Shown here piece after piece: positions 30,091 to 41,199 of a stretch of 64,000 bases of DNA. Both the position numbers and the translations under genes were made by a program. The stretch spans positions 105,029-169,028 of the forward strand of contig JADHSF010000001.1 of NCBI GenBank assembly GCA_016777005.1, read 5' to 3'. This DNA is from SAR86 cluster bacterium. GTDB lineage: Bacteria > Pseudomonadota > Gammaproteobacteria > Magnimaribacterales > Magnimaribacteraceae. Each line of letters begins with the position of its first letter. Positions within the stretch are counted from its first letter, which is position 1. The notes under the pieces were generated by a model. That model made no database searches. It saw only the letters and a list, made by a program, of their open reading frames with translations, and was not told the DNA's origin.

Positions 30091-31451
30091 TAAATAAACC
30101 TCGCAATATCATTTGCAAAAGCAAACACCATTAAACTAACAATCAAGACTATTCCTACTCTCGTTGAGTATTCTAGTATTGCTTCAGAAACAGGAGAGCC
30201 TTTTAATTTTTCAATTGCTATCATCAATAACTGCCCGCCATCCAAAATTGGAATTGGCAATAGGTTTAATAATCCAAGGTTTATACTTAGCAATGCTATC
30301 ATGGATAGAAAGGTTACGTATCCAGCTTTTGCTGCAGATCCTGCTAATACTGATATTTGTATTGGTCCACCGAGGTTATCTGTAGAAATTGACCCACTTA
30401 TCATTTTTCCGATAGATGAAATGATTAATAAGGTATATCTATAAGTATCTGTAATACCAACAAAAAAAGCAGAAATTAGATTTTCCTTTTTTTCGACAGT
30501 ATATTCCGAAGGCCACTTACTTAAATCGTTTGATGCGAGAATACCTATTCTTCCTTTAATAACTCCTTTTTGATCAATGTAGCTTGAAGTTTCTAACATA
30601 AGCTTTTGTGGAGTACCGTCTCTGACTATTTCAAGTTCAATTAGTTGATTTGGAAGCTGACTTAAAATCTTAGAGAGGTCTTGCCAGATATATATAGCTT
30701 GACCATTTACTGACTTGATTAAATCTCCTTCATTTATTCCAAATTTTGCGGCAGGGCCATCATCTTGTAACTGGCCAACCAAAGCAGGTAAAAAGGGTTG
30801 TAATCCTAATGCCAGATAAGGTGAAGTCTGGTCATTTCCAGATAGCCATTCCTTTATTGGTATTGATGCAAGAGCCTCTGACCCCTGACTCATGTATTTT
30901 ATATCTATGGAGCCTGTGTCACCAATTCTATTTGAGAGGATTAAATTAATATCATTAAAGGCATTTACGCTCTGTTGATCTATTTCAATTATTTTATCTT
31001 TCACTGCAATACCAGACATTTGAGCTGGACTTGATGGAATAACTTCACCTACATATGTTGAGAGCTGTATTGTTCCAACAAAGGCGAGATAAAAATATAC
31101 AAAGATGGCAAGAACAAAATTTGCAAAAGGCCCGGCTACAGTCACAGCAGCTCTTTCACCTGGTGATGCATCTAAATATGATTTTCTGTCTTTTAATGGA
31201 ATATTTTTATTTTCTTGCGGAATATTATTTTCTCCAAGCATTTGTACATATCCGCCTAAAGGTAAAATGCCAAAAGAATAGCTACAGTCCTGCTTATCTT
31301 TGAATGAAAATAATTCTTTACCAAAACCTATCTTGAACTTTAAGACGTGAATATCAAAGTATCTTGCAGTCAAAAAATGACCTAATTCATGTATTCCTAC
31401 TATGATACTAATGAGTAAAATGAAAGAAAATATAGTAAAAAGTATATCCAT
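30090..31451 (-). CDS. rseP: RIP metalloprotease RseP
   Basis: HELGH, PLGGYV, two PDZ domains and NLLPIPILDGG. Confidence 0.96.
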   Translation of the reverse strand: MDILFTIFSFILLISIIVGIHELGHFLTARYFDIHVLKFKIGFGKELFSFKDKQDCSYSFGILPLGGYVQMLGENNIPQENKNIPLKDRKSYLDASPGERAAVTVAGPFANFVLAIFVYFYLAFVGTIQLSTYVGEVIPSSPAQMSGIAVKDKIIEIDQQSVNAFNDINLILSNRIGDTGSIDIKYMSQGSEALASIPIKEWLSGNDQTSPYLALGLQPFLPALVGQLQDDGPAAKFGINEGDLIKSVNGQAIYIWQDLSKILSQLPNQLIELEIVRDGTPQKLMLETSSYIDQKGVIKGRIGILASNDLSKWPSEYTVEKKENLISAFFVGITDTYRYTLLIISSIGKMISGSISTDNLGGPIQISVLAGSAAKAGYVTFLSMIALLSINLGLLNLLPIPILDGGQLLMIAIEKLKGSPVSEAILEYSTRVGIVLIVSLMVFAFANDIARFI

Positions 31452-32612
31452 TTAATTCAATCTAATAATATCTAGCGCTGCTCTTCTTGATTTAGTGTCT
31501 GCTTCAAAAACATCATCCAGGCCTTTGACCTCAGTAATGTCAGATTTATCCAAAATATCTGAAATAATTTTATATATATCCAAATAACCTATCCGGCCTT
31601 TAAGAAATGATTCTACGCAAACTTCGTTCACTGCATTTAATACAGTGAAACTTGTGCCGCCTACTTTAAGGCAATCTTTTGCTAGTTGTAGAGATGGAAA
31701 TTTATTCACATCAGGTTTCCTAAATGAGAGATTATTTAACTCTTCGAAATTAACTTTCTTCGAACCTGAATTTATTTTTTCAGGAAATCCCAGTCCGTAG
31801 GCAATTGGAATCTTCATATCCGGAATAGAGAGTTGAGCTATTATAGAATTATCTGTAAATTCAACCAAGGAATGTATGATCCCTTCAGGGTGAATAAGGA
31901 CATCAATATTATCATTATCAAAAAGCCACCTAGCCTCTATGATCTCTAGGCATTTATTCATCATTGTTGAAGAATCAACTGATATCTTATCCCCCATGCT
32001 CCATACTGGGTGAGCGATTGCCTCTGCCGGAATGATTGACGAGAAATCATTGACGTCTTTATTTAAAAAAGGGCCCCCTGATCCAGTCAGAATAAGTCGT
32101 GAAACTGAATCTTTATTACTTACACCCTGCAAGCACTGATGGATAGCACTATGTTCGCTATCAATTGGAAAGATCGTAGATTGATTTTCTTTTGATAGAT
32201 TATTAAGAAGCTCCCCAGCGACCACATAAGATTCTTTGTTGGCTAGCAAAACATGCTTTCCGCTCTTGACTGCATGATAAACTGGTACCAATCCAGCCAC
32301 ACCCACCATAGCAGCAACTACCATGTCCACATTATCAGACTTCAAAACCTCTTGTATTTCATCTTGCCCTGAAAGCAAAGTTGTTTCAGGCTTCAAGTGA
32401 CCAACTTGCGATAAAAAAGAATTTTTAGCCTCGTCATCATGAAGGTAAACGAACTTGGGATTAAATTCATTATATTGTTCAATCATCAATTGAAAATTTG
32501 AATTTGCCAATAAAAGCTCTATTTTAAATTTATCTTTATTATGTCTTATAACTTCTAAAGTAGATTGTCCTACTGATCCAGTAGAACCCAAGACAGCTAA
32601 ATTTTTAATCAT
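31452..32612 (-). CDS. dxr: 1-deoxy-D-xylulose 5-phosphate reductoisomerase
   Basis: LGSTGSVG, LANKE, PIDSEHSA and HPVWSMG motifs. Start moved to 32612 (ATGA overlap with cdsA stop). Confidence 0.96.
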   Translation of the reverse strand: MIKNLAVLGSTGSVGQSTLEVIRHNKDKFKIELLLANSNFQLMIEQYNEFNPKFVYLHDDEAKNSFLSQVGHLKPETTLLSGQDEIQEVLKSDNVDMVVAAMVGVAGLVPVYHAVKSGKHVLLANKESYVVAGELLNNLSKENQSTIFPIDSEHSAIHQCLQGVSNKDSVSRLILTGSGGPFLNKDVNDFSSIIPAEAIAHPVWSMGDKISVDSSTMMNKCLEIIEARWLFDNDNIDVLIHPEGIIHSLVEFTDNSIIAQLSIPDMKIPIAYGLGFPEKINSGSKKVNFEELNNLSFRKPDVNKFPSLQLAKDCLKVGGTSFTVLNAVNEVCVESFLKGRIGYLDIYKIISDILDKSDITEVKGLDDVFEADTKSRRAALDIIRLN

Positions 32613-33427
32613 GAGAGGATATTTAAAAGGAAGATGAAGCATGGAAATGCTGCTATGTGGCTATCTAAACGATCAAATAAACCTCCGTGTCCAGGGATGA
32701 GATTAGAATAATCCTTAACTTCTACAACTCGCTTCATTAGGCTAGCGACGGCATCACCAATAACAGAAAATATACTTACTAAAGATAAAACAATAAAAAC
32801 CAAAATAATAGGTAGCTCAAATGCTTGAGAGGAAGTCAAAAGGAGAAATATTGGAGTTATAGTGACTGCTGAAAGGAAGCCTTCCATAGTTTTATTTGGG
32901 CTTACATTATTTATGAAAGGCTTTTTACCGAAATTCTTTCCAATGAAAAAAGCTATTGAATCCATCAATACACTTATAAGAACAATATACAAAATAAATA
33001 ATCTGTCGTTACTGAAATTTAAAGATAAAGAAGATAATGGATCGGTAGATATAACCTGAAATACAGAAGCAAAAAATCCTAAGTGAATTGAAAACCCAAT
33101 GAATAGCCAAGTCAGACTATTTTTAAGAAAAGTTTTATTTAAAGGGAAGCTAAGTATAAAAATACTGGCAATTGCATAGATCAATACGCCTAAAGTAATA
33201 AATAGATTATTAAAAAAAGGAAAATGAGCAACGAATATTAAGCAGATAAATATTAATAAACTTGTAAATGTAATCAGGTTTGAAAACCTTATTATCAAAA
33301 ATTCCCATAATGACAGACCGCAAATTATGGCAAGAAAGTAAACTAAAAAATTACTTGGAAAGAAAAGTACTATTGAGGCAATAAAAAAAACTAAAAATAA
33401 TGCACTGATAATCCTCTGTCTCAACAT
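32609..33427 (-). CDS. cdsA: Phosphatidate cytidylyltransferase
   Basis: SPNKTMEG and KD..LIPGHGG.FDRLDS motifs. Confidence 0.95.
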   Translation of the reverse strand: MLRQRIISALFLVFFIASIVLFFPSNFLVYFLAIICGLSLWEFLIIRFSNLITFTSLLIFICLIFVAHFPFFNNLFITLGVLIYAIASIFILSFPLNKTFLKNSLTWLFIGFSIHLGFFASVFQVISTDPLSSLSLNFSNDRLFILYIVLISVLMDSIAFFIGKNFGKKPFINNVSPNKTMEGFLSAVTITPIFLLLTSSQAFELPIILVFIVLSLVSIFSVIGDAVASLMKRVVEVKDYSNLIPGHGGLFDRLDSHIAAFPCFIFLLNILS

Positions 33428-33429
33428 AG

Positions 33430-34155
33430 TTATAGTTGGAAATTAGATTTATCGCCGAAGCGTCTTGACCTTTTTGCATATTCCATGAGCGCAGATTCAA
33501 ACTTATCATCATCAAAGTCCGGCCAAAGAATATCTGGAAAATATAATTCAGAATAAGCCATTTGCCATAAAAGAAAATTACTTACTCGGATCTCATTGCC
33601 TGTCCTAATGCACAAGTCAGGATCCTCAAAAGCTGAAGTTGATAAAAAAGAGCTAAAAGTTTCTTCAGTAACTAAAATATCTGTTTCTTGATTTTTTATT
33701 TCATTAATAGCATTAACGATATCCCATCGTCCGCCGTAGCTAGCTGCTACAACTAAATCAAGATTTTTGTCTCTTCCTTTACAAGAAGTTAAATGTTCAG
33801 ACTTTTTCATTTGTTCAATTAAATCTTGATCAAATTGTGATAAATCTCCTATGAAACTTAATTGAACAGAATTCTTTATAAGATTTGGAACTTCTTCTTG
33901 AAGGGCAGAATGTAAAAGTTTCATAAGGAGATTCACTTCTTCGGAGGATCTTCCCCAATTTTCACTACTAAATGCAAATAACGTTAAGGTAGATAATCCT
34001 CTTTTAACTGCATACTCAACAGCCTCTCTAGCTCTCTCAACTCCTTTCTTATGACCATCTACACCAGGTAAGCCGTTTTCGGTTGCCCATCTATTATTGC
34101 CATCCATGATAATTGCTACATGTTTAGGCAAGGTTTCAGTGTGATGACCTTCCAT
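33430..34155 (-). CDS. uppS: Undecaprenyl diphosphate synthase
   Basis: HVAIIMDGNNRWA, AFSSENW.R and R.SNFLLWQ motifs. Confidence 0.97.
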   Translation of the reverse strand: MEGHHTETLPKHVAIIMDGNNRWATENGLPGVDGHKKGVERAREAVEYAVKRGLSTLTLFAFSSENWGRSSEEVNLLMKLLHSALQEEVPNLIKNSVQLSFIGDLSQFDQDLIEQMKKSEHLTSCKGRDKNLDLVVAASYGGRWDIVNAINEIKNQETDILVTEETFSSFLSTSAFEDPDLCIRTGNEIRVSNFLLWQMAYSELYFPDILWPDFDDDKFESALMEYAKRSRRFGDKSNFQL

Positions 34156-34164
34156 GTCTAAATT

Positions 34165-34722
34165 TTAAAAATCTAGTAGATCTTTTTCTTTTGCTTCAAA
34201 AGTAGAATCTATTTTCTCAACAAATAAATCTGTAAGCTTTTGAATTTGCTCCTCTCCTTGGCGCTCTTCGTCCTGAGATATTTCTTTTTCTTTGAGAAAT
34301 TCTTTTAACTGAGTGTTTCCTTCTCTTCTTACATTGCGAATAGAAACCTTAGCATTCTCAGCTTCAGCTTTAGCTTTTTTAATAAAATCTTTCCTGGTTT
34401 CTTCGGTAAGATCTGGCAGGATAACTCTAATAGTGTCTCCTGATGTAGCAGGATTTAGCCCTAGATCTGATTCCATAATAGATTTCTCTATTTGTTGCAC
34501 TACCCCTTTCTCCCAAGGCACAATGGCTAAGGTTTTAGCATCCTCGATGGAAATACTGGCAACTTGAGATAAAGGTGTTGGTTTATCGTAATAGTCCAAT
34601 TTAATGCTATCTAGCAAAGAAGGAGTTGCCCTACCTGTCCTGATCTTCTTAAAAGCAGTTTCTAAAGCACCTAAGCTCTTTTCCATCCCAGACTTAGCAT
34701 CTTCAACAATCTCATTTAACAT
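34165..34722 (-). CDS. frr: Ribosome recycling factor
   Basis: IRTGRA, LGLNP, LTEE.R and IRNVRR motifs. Confidence 0.97.
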   Translation of the reverse strand: MLNEIVEDAKSGMEKSLGALETAFKKIRTGRATPSLLDSIKLDYYDKPTPLSQVASISIEDAKTLAIVPWEKGVVQQIEKSIMESDLGLNPATSGDTIRVILPDLTEETRKDFIKKAKAEAENAKVSIRNVRREGNTQLKEFLKEKEISQDEERQGEEQIQKLTDLFVEKIDSTFEAKEKDLLDF

Positions 34723-35577
34723 TTAACTCTCTATTTGAGACATTACTTCAGTTGCAAAGTCTACCTTTTCTACTTCTATTCCTTCACCTACTTCATATCT
34801 GACGAAGCTTAAAATAGTAGCATTACTATCACTTAAAAGCTGGCTTATTTTTTTATTAGGATCTTTAACAAAGTCTTGTTCTGTAAGACTGACTTCAGCT
34901 AAGAATTTAGAAATTTTACCGGTTATCATTTTTTCAACTATTTCTGGAGGTTTTCCTGAATCTTCTGACTGAGCCTTGAATATCTCTCTTTCTTTTTCTA
35001 TAATATCTTCTGGGATTTCTGCAGGAGATACGGCCATGGGATCTGTTGCTGCGGCATGCATGGCTATATCATTAGCAAGAGACTGATCACCGCCTTGCAG
35101 AGAAACGATACAGCCTATTTTACTATTACTGTGTAAATAAGAACCTGTTGTAGATGATTCTTCAGTCTTTGCCAGTCTCCTAACAACTATGTTTTCTCCC
35201 AGTTTCTGAACTAACTTTTCTCTATTATCCTCAACGCCGTCTGCTAGCAGCTGATCTAAAGACTTATCAGAATTATTTACATAAGTCTCTAAGGTTTCAG
35301 ATGTAAATGACACGAAAGAATCATCTCTAGCAACGAAGTCAGTTTCACTATTCACTTCAAGCATGAAGAAATTTCCATCACTGCCTTTTAAAGCTATCAA
35401 ACCATCCGCAGCCGATCTCCCCGATTTCTTGCTAGCCTTAAGACCGCTTGTTTTCCTAAGCTCTTCGATAGCAAGATCAATATCACCATCAGTCCCTTCT
35501 AATGCCTTTTTACAATCCATAAGACCTAGGCCTGTTTTTTCCCTTAATTCTTTAACTTGTGAAGCTGAAATACTCAT
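34723..35577 (-). CDS. tsf: Elongation factor Ts
   Basis: VKELREKTG..MDCKKAL and EVNSETDFVAR motifs. Confidence 0.98.
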   Translation of the reverse strand: MSISASQVKELREKTGLGLMDCKKALEGTDGDIDLAIEELRKTSGLKASKKSGRSAADGLIALKGSDGNFFMLEVNSETDFVARDDSFVSFTSETLETYVNNSDKSLDQLLADGVEDNREKLVQKLGENIVVRRLAKTEESSTTGSYLHSNSKIGCIVSLQGGDQSLANDIAMHAAATDPMAVSPAEIPEDIIEKEREIFKAQSEDSGKPPEIVEKMITGKISKFLAEVSLTEQDFVKDPNKKISQLLSDSNATILSFVRYEVGEGIEVEKVDFATEVMSQIES

Positions 35578-35579
35578 AA

Positions 35580-36527
35580 TTAATCCTCGTTTTTTTCTTC
35601 CTCTTTAACATCGCTTGAGCTTGCGGCTGCAGATTCATCCTCTGCAACGACTTGTTCTTCTTCGGCAGATGTACCAGTAGCTTCTTGAGCTGTCTCTGTC
35701 TGAGGTTCAGCAGATTCCAATTGCTCTTCCGATGGAGCATCGTCCACAGTAATGGTTTGTTTTTCTTCAGGAGCCTGCTCACTTTTCTCAACTTTTCTTA
35801 CAATAGCAGGACCTGATTGAGGTTCTTCTTGCTTTAGACCAGTTGCCGCCTCTGAACCTTTCAGACAAGCATCTGCAACAGCTTCTGTAAATAAGGCTAT
35901 AGATCTTATAGAGTCATCATTTCCAGGAATAACGTAATCTAGGCCTTCTGGATTACTATTAGAATCAACGATCCCAACAATCGGTATACCCATTTTGCTA
36001 GCTTCAGAAACGGCTATAGATTCTCTTTTGACATCTATTATAAATAGAGCATCTGGCAGTCCTCCCATTTCAGTGACACCACCTATAGATTTTTCCAATC
36101 TATCTATGTCTCTTTGAATCTTGAGTCCTTCTTTTTTTGTGAGTTTACTAAACGTTCCATCTTCTTTCTGTCTTAGAAGAGTCTCCAATCTAGTTATTGA
36201 AGAACGAATTGTTTTATAATTTGTAAGCATTCCACCCAACCATCTCTCATTAACATAAGGCATAGAACATCTTAAAGCCTCATTTTTGATGATACTAGTA
36301 GCTGTTCTTTTGGTACCTACAAAAAGAATTTTATTATTTTTTGCAGCTAAGCCTTCTATAAACTTGAGAGCCGGCTTTATCATTTCAACCGTATGTTCTA
36401 AATTTATAATATGGATTTTGTTTCTGACCCCAAAGATATGTTGTTCCATTTTTGGGTTCCAGTACTTAGTTTGATGTCCGAAGTGAACACCTGCTTGTAG
36501 CATTTTTTCTAGCGATATTTCAGCCAT
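35580..36527 (-). CDS. rpsB: 30S ribosomal protein S2 with long acidic C-terminal tail
   Basis: [16 protein letters not shown] and IPGNDD motifs; AGGAG SD. Confidence 0.98.
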   Translation of the reverse strand: MAEISLEKMLQAGVHFGHQTKYWNPKMEQHIFGVRNKIHIINLEHTVEMIKPALKFIEGLAAKNNKILFVGTKRTATSIIKNEALRCSMPYVNERWLGGMLTNYKTIRSSITRLETLLRQKEDGTFSKLTKKEGLKIQRDIDRLEKSIGGVTEMGGLPDALFIIDVKRESIAVSEASKMGIPIVGIVDSNSNPEGLDYVIPGNDDSIRSIALFTEAVADACLKGSEAATGLKQEEPQSGPAIVRKVEKSEQAPEEKQTITVDDAPSEEQLESAEPQTETAQEATGTSAEEEQVVAEDESAAASSSDVKEEEKNED

Positions 36528-36565
36528 TTGCTCTCCTTAATTTACGAAAAAGATTACATTTTTCT

Positions 36566-36646
36566 GGTTATACTTCCACGAATTTACAGAACTTACTAAA
36601 TGATGAGCGATCTTTAGCACCTTAGATCTGAAACAATTTCGTGTGT
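36566..36646 (-). ncRNA. rpsB leader (t44 / S2 autoregulatory element)
   Basis: Minus strand reads ACACACGAAATT...AGGTG...AATTCGTGGAAGTATAACC, matching the gammaproteobacterial rpsB leader pattern; CACGAA/TTCGTG stem. Confidence 0.75.
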
Positions 36647-36699
36647 TTCTTTTTTGAGACAAGAGCCTCAGGAGAGGATTAAAACATATTTCCTTCTTT

Positions 36700-37440
36700 T
36701 CAAGAAGAATAAATGTCATTCATCCCATATAAACCTTTAGGTTTAGATAATAGCCATCTGGCGCCCAACAAGGCTCCAGAAGCAAAAATTGATCTCTCTT
36801 CCGCCTTGTGAGTTAATTCAATAGACTCATTGGCTAGTAACACTCTGACCTTATGCTCGCCAGGATTAGTTCCTTCTCTAAAGCTTTCAACTGTAATATC
36901 AGAATTAGGAAAATGACTTGAGATTATTTCTTTCAAGTCTAGGGCCGTTCCGGATGGTGAATCTTTTTTTTCTTTGTGGTGAGTTTCTTCTATCTCTATA
37001 GTGCTATCCTCTGAAAATAAAGCACTTGAATTAGTGATAATTGTTTTAAGTATAGCAATACCAGAGCTAGTATTGGGAGCCAGTAAGACTGGGACTTCTG
37101 AACTAATTTTATCTATTTGTTTTAATTGAGATTCATTAAAGCCTGTTGTGCCAATTAAAATGGGTATTTTTCTACTCCGTGCATCTTCTAAAACTAACAT
37201 AGATGATTCAGGAGATGAAAAATCTACAATAATATCTATTTTCTTTTCGGGAGGAGTACCATTGGAAATCTGTATATCAATTTTTTTTTGATTGATGAGA
37301 TCTCCTATATCCTTACCTAGAAACTCGTTGTTTAAATTGCAACTTCCACCTATAAGATGAAAGAAATCATTATCTAAAATTTCTAAAATAAGTAATCTTC
37401 CGACCCTTCCGGTAATGCCTGATATGAAAATATTATGCAT
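36700..37440 (-). CDS. dapB: 4-hydroxy-tetrahydrodipicolinate reductase
   Basis: GITGRVG, DFS.P, GTTG and ETHH..KKDSPSGTA motifs. Confidence 0.93.
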   Translation of the reverse strand: MHNIFISGITGRVGRLLILEILDNDFFHLIGGSCNLNNEFLGKDIGDLINQKKIDIQISNGTPPEKKIDIIVDFSSPESSMLVLEDARSRKIPILIGTTGFNESQLKQIDKISSEVPVLLAPNTSSGIAILKTIITNSSALFSEDSTIEIEETHHKEKKDSPSGTALDLKEIISSHFPNSDITVESFREGTNPGEHKVRVLLANESIELTHKAEERSIFASGALLGARWLLSKPKGLYGMNDIYSS

Positions 37441-37444
37441 TTAT

Positions 37445-38566
37445 TTAATTCTTTGTATCAAAAAAAGATTTTACCTTAGAAAACCACTCTTCTTTCAAAG
37501 GATTCTGTTTTGAGTCACCGGAAAATGATCCTTGAAAATCTTTAAGAAGTTGTTTTTGCTGTTTTGATAAGTTTTGAGGAGTTTCTATAACGGCTCTGCA
37601 AAGAAGATCCCCTGTTGATCCACCTCTAATTGGACTTATGCCTTTGCCTCTTAGTCTGAATAGCTTTCCTGTTTGAGTTCCCTCAGGTATTTTTATTTTT
37701 ACCTTACCATCTAGCGTAGGGATCTGTATCTCTCCACCTAATGTAGCATCTATAAATGTAATGGGTGCTTCACAATATAAATGCTTTCCATCCCGTTCAA
37801 AAACATCATGCGGTAAAACCTTAATTTGAACAAAAAGGTCTCCTGACGGCCCACCATTTAGCCCTGCCTCACCCTCACCTGATAGCCTGATTCTATCTCC
37901 TGTATCAACACCAGCAGGAATTTTTACCGACAGTGTTTTACGTTTTTCTACTCTTCCTTGACCTCTGCAGTCTTTACAAGGATTGCTGATCGTTTGTCCT
38001 GAACCAGAACAATTGCCACATGTTTGAGCTACAGAGAAAAAGCCCTGTTGTATCCTTACCTGGCCTGCACCACCGCATGAATTACATGTGATAGGCTCAC
38101 TCCCTTCACTGGCACCTGAACCGTCACAAGTAGAGCAACTTTCTAAGGCAGGTATAGCTATCTTTTCGGTTACTCCTCTTACAGCATCCTCTAGATTGAT
38201 TGTCATTGAGTATTGAAGATCTGATCCTTTATTAGACCTCTGTCTTCTACTAAAAGGGTCTCCACCACCAAATATATCGCCAAATATATCACCGAATATA
38301 TCATTAAATCCTTGAGAGCCTCCTCCACCAAAACTGGAGGCATCTACTCCATCATGACCAAACTGATCATAAGCATTTCTTTTTGAGGAATCAGATAGAA
38401 CTTCGTAGGCCTGCGATGCTTCTTTAAACTTTTCTGGAGCATTTGGATCATCAGAATTTCTATCTGGATGATATTTCATAGCCAATTTACGATAAGCCTT
38501 TTTTAACTCATCTTCAGATGCACCTTTTGGTACACCAAGAACGTCATAGTAATCCTTTTTAGACAT
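37445..38566 (-). CDS. dnaJ: Chaperone DnaJ
   Basis: HPD J-domain, G/F region and four CxxCxGxG repeats. Confidence 0.98.
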   Translation of the reverse strand: MSKKDYYDVLGVPKGASEDELKKAYRKLAMKYHPDRNSDDPNAPEKFKEASQAYEVLSDSSKRNAYDQFGHDGVDASSFGGGGSQGFNDIFGDIFGDIFGGGDPFSRRQRSNKGSDLQYSMTINLEDAVRGVTEKIAIPALESCSTCDGSGASEGSEPITCNSCGGAGQVRIQQGFFSVAQTCGNCSGSGQTISNPCKDCRGQGRVEKRKTLSVKIPAGVDTGDRIRLSGEGEAGLNGGPSGDLFVQIKVLPHDVFERDGKHLYCEAPITFIDATLGGEIQIPTLDGKVKIKIPEGTQTGKLFRLRGKGISPIRGGSTGDLLCRAVIETPQNLSKQQKQLLKDFQGSFSGDSKQNPLKEEWFSKVKSFFDTKN

Positions 38567-38595
38567 CTATTTCTCTAGCCTAATAGAATTTCTAA

Positions 38596-40515
38596 TTAAG
38601 AATTTTGGTTTTCTTTTTCTTCTGTTACTTCTTCAAAGTCAGCATCAACTACATCTGCTTCTTCAGATGCTCCTTCCTGCTCTGCGGCTTCTTTATTTTT
38701 TGCCTCTTCTTCATATAATCTCTGCGCAAGAGGTGCTGAAGCCTCTGATAAAACTTTTACCTTTTCATCTATTGTTTCTTTATCTTCACCTTTTAAAGCT
38801 TCTTCTAATTCTTGAATACCATTTTCTATAGATTCTTTTTCAGCATCTTCAACTTTTTCTTTTGCTTCTTCGAGGGTTTTTTTGCAACTATGGATTAGGT
38901 TTTCTCCTAAATTTTTTGCCTGGACTAATTCTTCAAATTTTTTGTCGTCTTCAGCATGAGCCTCTGCATCTTTAACCATTTGGTCTATTTCATCGTCTGA
39001 TAATCCACTTGAAGCCTTTATCTCTATTGATTGCTCTTTATTTGTTGCTTTGTCCTTAGCTGATACATTAAGAATACCATTTGCGTCCAGGTCAAATGAT
39101 ACTTCTATCTGAGGCATGCCTCTTGGAGAGGCTGGTATGTCTGTTAAGTTGAACTGACCTAATGTTTTATTTTCAGTAGCCTGCTTTCTCTCTCCTTGAA
39201 GGACATGAACGGTTACTGCAGTTTGATTGTCTTCAGCTGTTGAAAATACTTGAGATTTGTTCGTTGGTATAGTTGTATTTTTATCAATGAGAGGTGTCAT
39301 GACTCCCCCCATGGTTTCTATCCCTAAAGTTAAAGGCGTAACATCTAAAAGTAATACGTCTGTGACATCTCCTGCGAGAACTGCTCCTTGTATGGCTGCG
39401 CCAACGGAAACAGCTTCGTCAGGATTCACATCTTTTCTAGATTCTTTACCAAAGAATTCTTTAACTTTTTCTTGAACAAGTGGCATTCTTGTTTGACCGC
39501 CCACTAAGATGACTTCATCAACATCAGAAGGTTTCAAGCCTGCATCATCAAGTGCAGTCTGTGTTGGTTTTATAGTTCTTTCTACAAGACCTTCTACTAA
39601 AGATTCTAATTTTGCTCTAGTTAGTTTATGAACAAAATGTTTAGCTCCTGATGAATCTGCTGTTATATAAGGGAGATTGATCTCTGATTGTTGATTGCTT
39701 GAAAGCTCAATTTTAGCCTTCTCCGCAGCTTCTTTTAATCTCTGTAAAGCCGCCGAATCATTATGGAGATCTAATCCTGACTCTTTCTTGAATTCATCTG
39801 CCAGATATTCAATTAACGTGATATCGAAATCCTCACCACCGAGAAAAGTATCTCCATTAGTAGATAAAACCTCGAATTGGTGCTCACCATCGACCTCAGC
39901 TATCTCAATTATTGATACATCAAAAGTTCCTCCTCCAAGATCATAAACAGCTATCTTTTGATCACCTTTACCTTTATCCAGACCATAGGCCAATGCAGCT
40001 GCAGTAGGTTCGTTTATTATCCTTTTGACTTCTAGTCCTGCTATTTTTCCTGCATCTTTAGTTGCTTGCCTTTGAGAATCGTTGAAATAAGCAGGCACAG
40101 TAATAACTGCTTCTTTCACCTCTTGTCCGAGATAGTCTTCCGCGGTCTTTTTCATTTTCTTGAGTATTTCTGCTGAAACTTGCTGTGGTGCAAGTTTTTT
40201 TCCTTCTGCTTCAACCCAAGCATCTCCATTATCGGCCGAAATTATTTTGTATGGCACCATAGCGCTGTCTTTTGTTACGACATCATCATCATGCTTTCTG
40301 CCAATAAGTCTTTTTATGGCGTACAGGGTATTCTCAGCGTTTGTTACCGCTTGGTTTTTAGCTGAGTCCCCTACCTTGATTTCATCTCCGTAGGCAACAA
40401 CGGAAGGAGTAGTTCTTTTTCCTTCTGAATTTTCTATAACTTTCGCTTGATCACCTTCCATCACAGAAACACACGAATTTGTTGTTCCTAAATCAATACC
40501 TATTACTTTTGCCAT
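38596..40515 (-). CDS. dnaK: Chaperone DnaK
   Basis: [17 protein letters not shown] and DLGGGTFD motifs. Confidence 0.99.
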   Translation of the reverse strand: MAKVIGIDLGTTNSCVSVMEGDQAKVIENSEGKRTTPSVVAYGDEIKVGDSAKNQAVTNAENTLYAIKRLIGRKHDDDVVTKDSAMVPYKIISADNGDAWVEAEGKKLAPQQVSAEILKKMKKTAEDYLGQEVKEAVITVPAYFNDSQRQATKDAGKIAGLEVKRIINEPTAAALAYGLDKGKGDQKIAVYDLGGGTFDVSIIEIAEVDGEHQFEVLSTNGDTFLGGEDFDITLIEYLADEFKKESGLDLHNDSAALQRLKEAAEKAKIELSSNQQSEINLPYITADSSGAKHFVHKLTRAKLESLVEGLVERTIKPTQTALDDAGLKPSDVDEVILVGGQTRMPLVQEKVKEFFGKESRKDVNPDEAVSVGAAIQGAVLAGDVTDVLLLDVTPLTLGIETMGGVMTPLIDKNTTIPTNKSQVFSTAEDNQTAVTVHVLQGERKQATENKTLGQFNLTDIPASPRGMPQIEVSFDLDANGILNVSAKDKATNKEQSIEIKASSGLSDDEIDQMVKDAEAHAEDDKKFEELVQAKNLGENLIHSCKKTLEEAKEKVEDAEKESIENGIQELEEALKGEDKETIDEKVKVLSEASAPLAQRLYEEEAKNKEAAEQEGASEEADVVDADFEEVTEEKENQNS

Positions 40516-40547
40516 TATTTTAACTCCACAATATGTTGTTTTACATA

Positions 40548-40575
40548 AGATGGGGCTTATGTTTCTAATTTCAAG
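40548..40575 (-). promoter_or_regulatory. Sigma32 (RpoH) promoter of dnaK
   Basis: Minus strand CTTGAA-N14-CCCCATCT. Confidence 0.88.
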
Positions 40576-40582
40576 AGGTTTT

Positions 40583-41146
40583 TTACTTTTCTTCGGTATT
40601 TTTTGAAACTACGACTTTTGCAGGCCTAAGGGTTCTGTCCATAATCGTATAGCCTTTGAGGACAACATCAATGATAGTATTTGGTTCGAGCTTATTGTCT
40701 TCGATAAGGGAAATTGCTTCGTGTTTTTCTGGATCAAAACTTTGATTTTCGCAATCTATGAGCTCAATTCCTGAAGTTTTTAAAGAAGTTTCAAGGCTCT
40801 TGAGAGTCAGTTCAAGACCCTCTTGTATGACATTACCATCTTCCTTGCTTTGACAAGAAATTATTGCTCTTTCTAAATTGTCACTGACAGATAAAAACTC
40901 ACGTGCCAAAGATTCAACACCAAATAACCGAGCTTTGGTAACTTCCTGCGCGGCTATTCGCCTTACATTTTGAACTTCTGCCTTTGCTCTAAGAATCTGA
41001 TCTTCTAGATCATTAATGATGTCTTCTTGAGAAATTTCTTCTTTGCTATCAGCTAGAGAAGCTTCAATGTCTATATTATCTGAAGCCATATCCAGATTTA
41101 TTTCTTCTTCCGGGTTTGTATTTTCTTGTTTTTTGTTTTCGTTCAA
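40583..41146 (-). CDS. grpE: Nucleotide exchange factor GrpE
   Basis: [22 protein letters not shown] and KGY....R.LRPAKV motifs. Confidence 0.96.
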   Translation of the reverse strand: MNENKKQENTNPEEEINLDMASDNIDIEASLADSKEEISQEDIINDLEDQILRAKAEVQNVRRIAAQEVTKARLFGVESLAREFLSVSDNLERAIISCQSKEDGNVIQEGLELTLKSLETSLKTSGIELIDCENQSFDPEKHEAISLIEDNKLEPNTIIDVVLKGYTIMDRTLRPAKVVVSKNTEEK

Positions 41147-41167
41147 TGATTTCTCCTTTCAAACCCT

Positions 41168-41195
41168 ATATGGGGCTTAAAAAAGTCTATTCAAG
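41168..41195 (-). promoter_or_regulatory. Sigma32 (RpoH) promoter of grpE
   Basis: Minus strand CTTGAA-N14-CCCCATAT, a consensus match. Confidence 0.9.
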
Positions 41196-41199
41196 TTAA

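Noticed and set aside
40516-41199. CIRCE/HrcA control of the chaperone genes
   Set aside because: No TTAGCACTC-N9-GAGTGCTAA; sigma32 promoters explain the conserved motifs.
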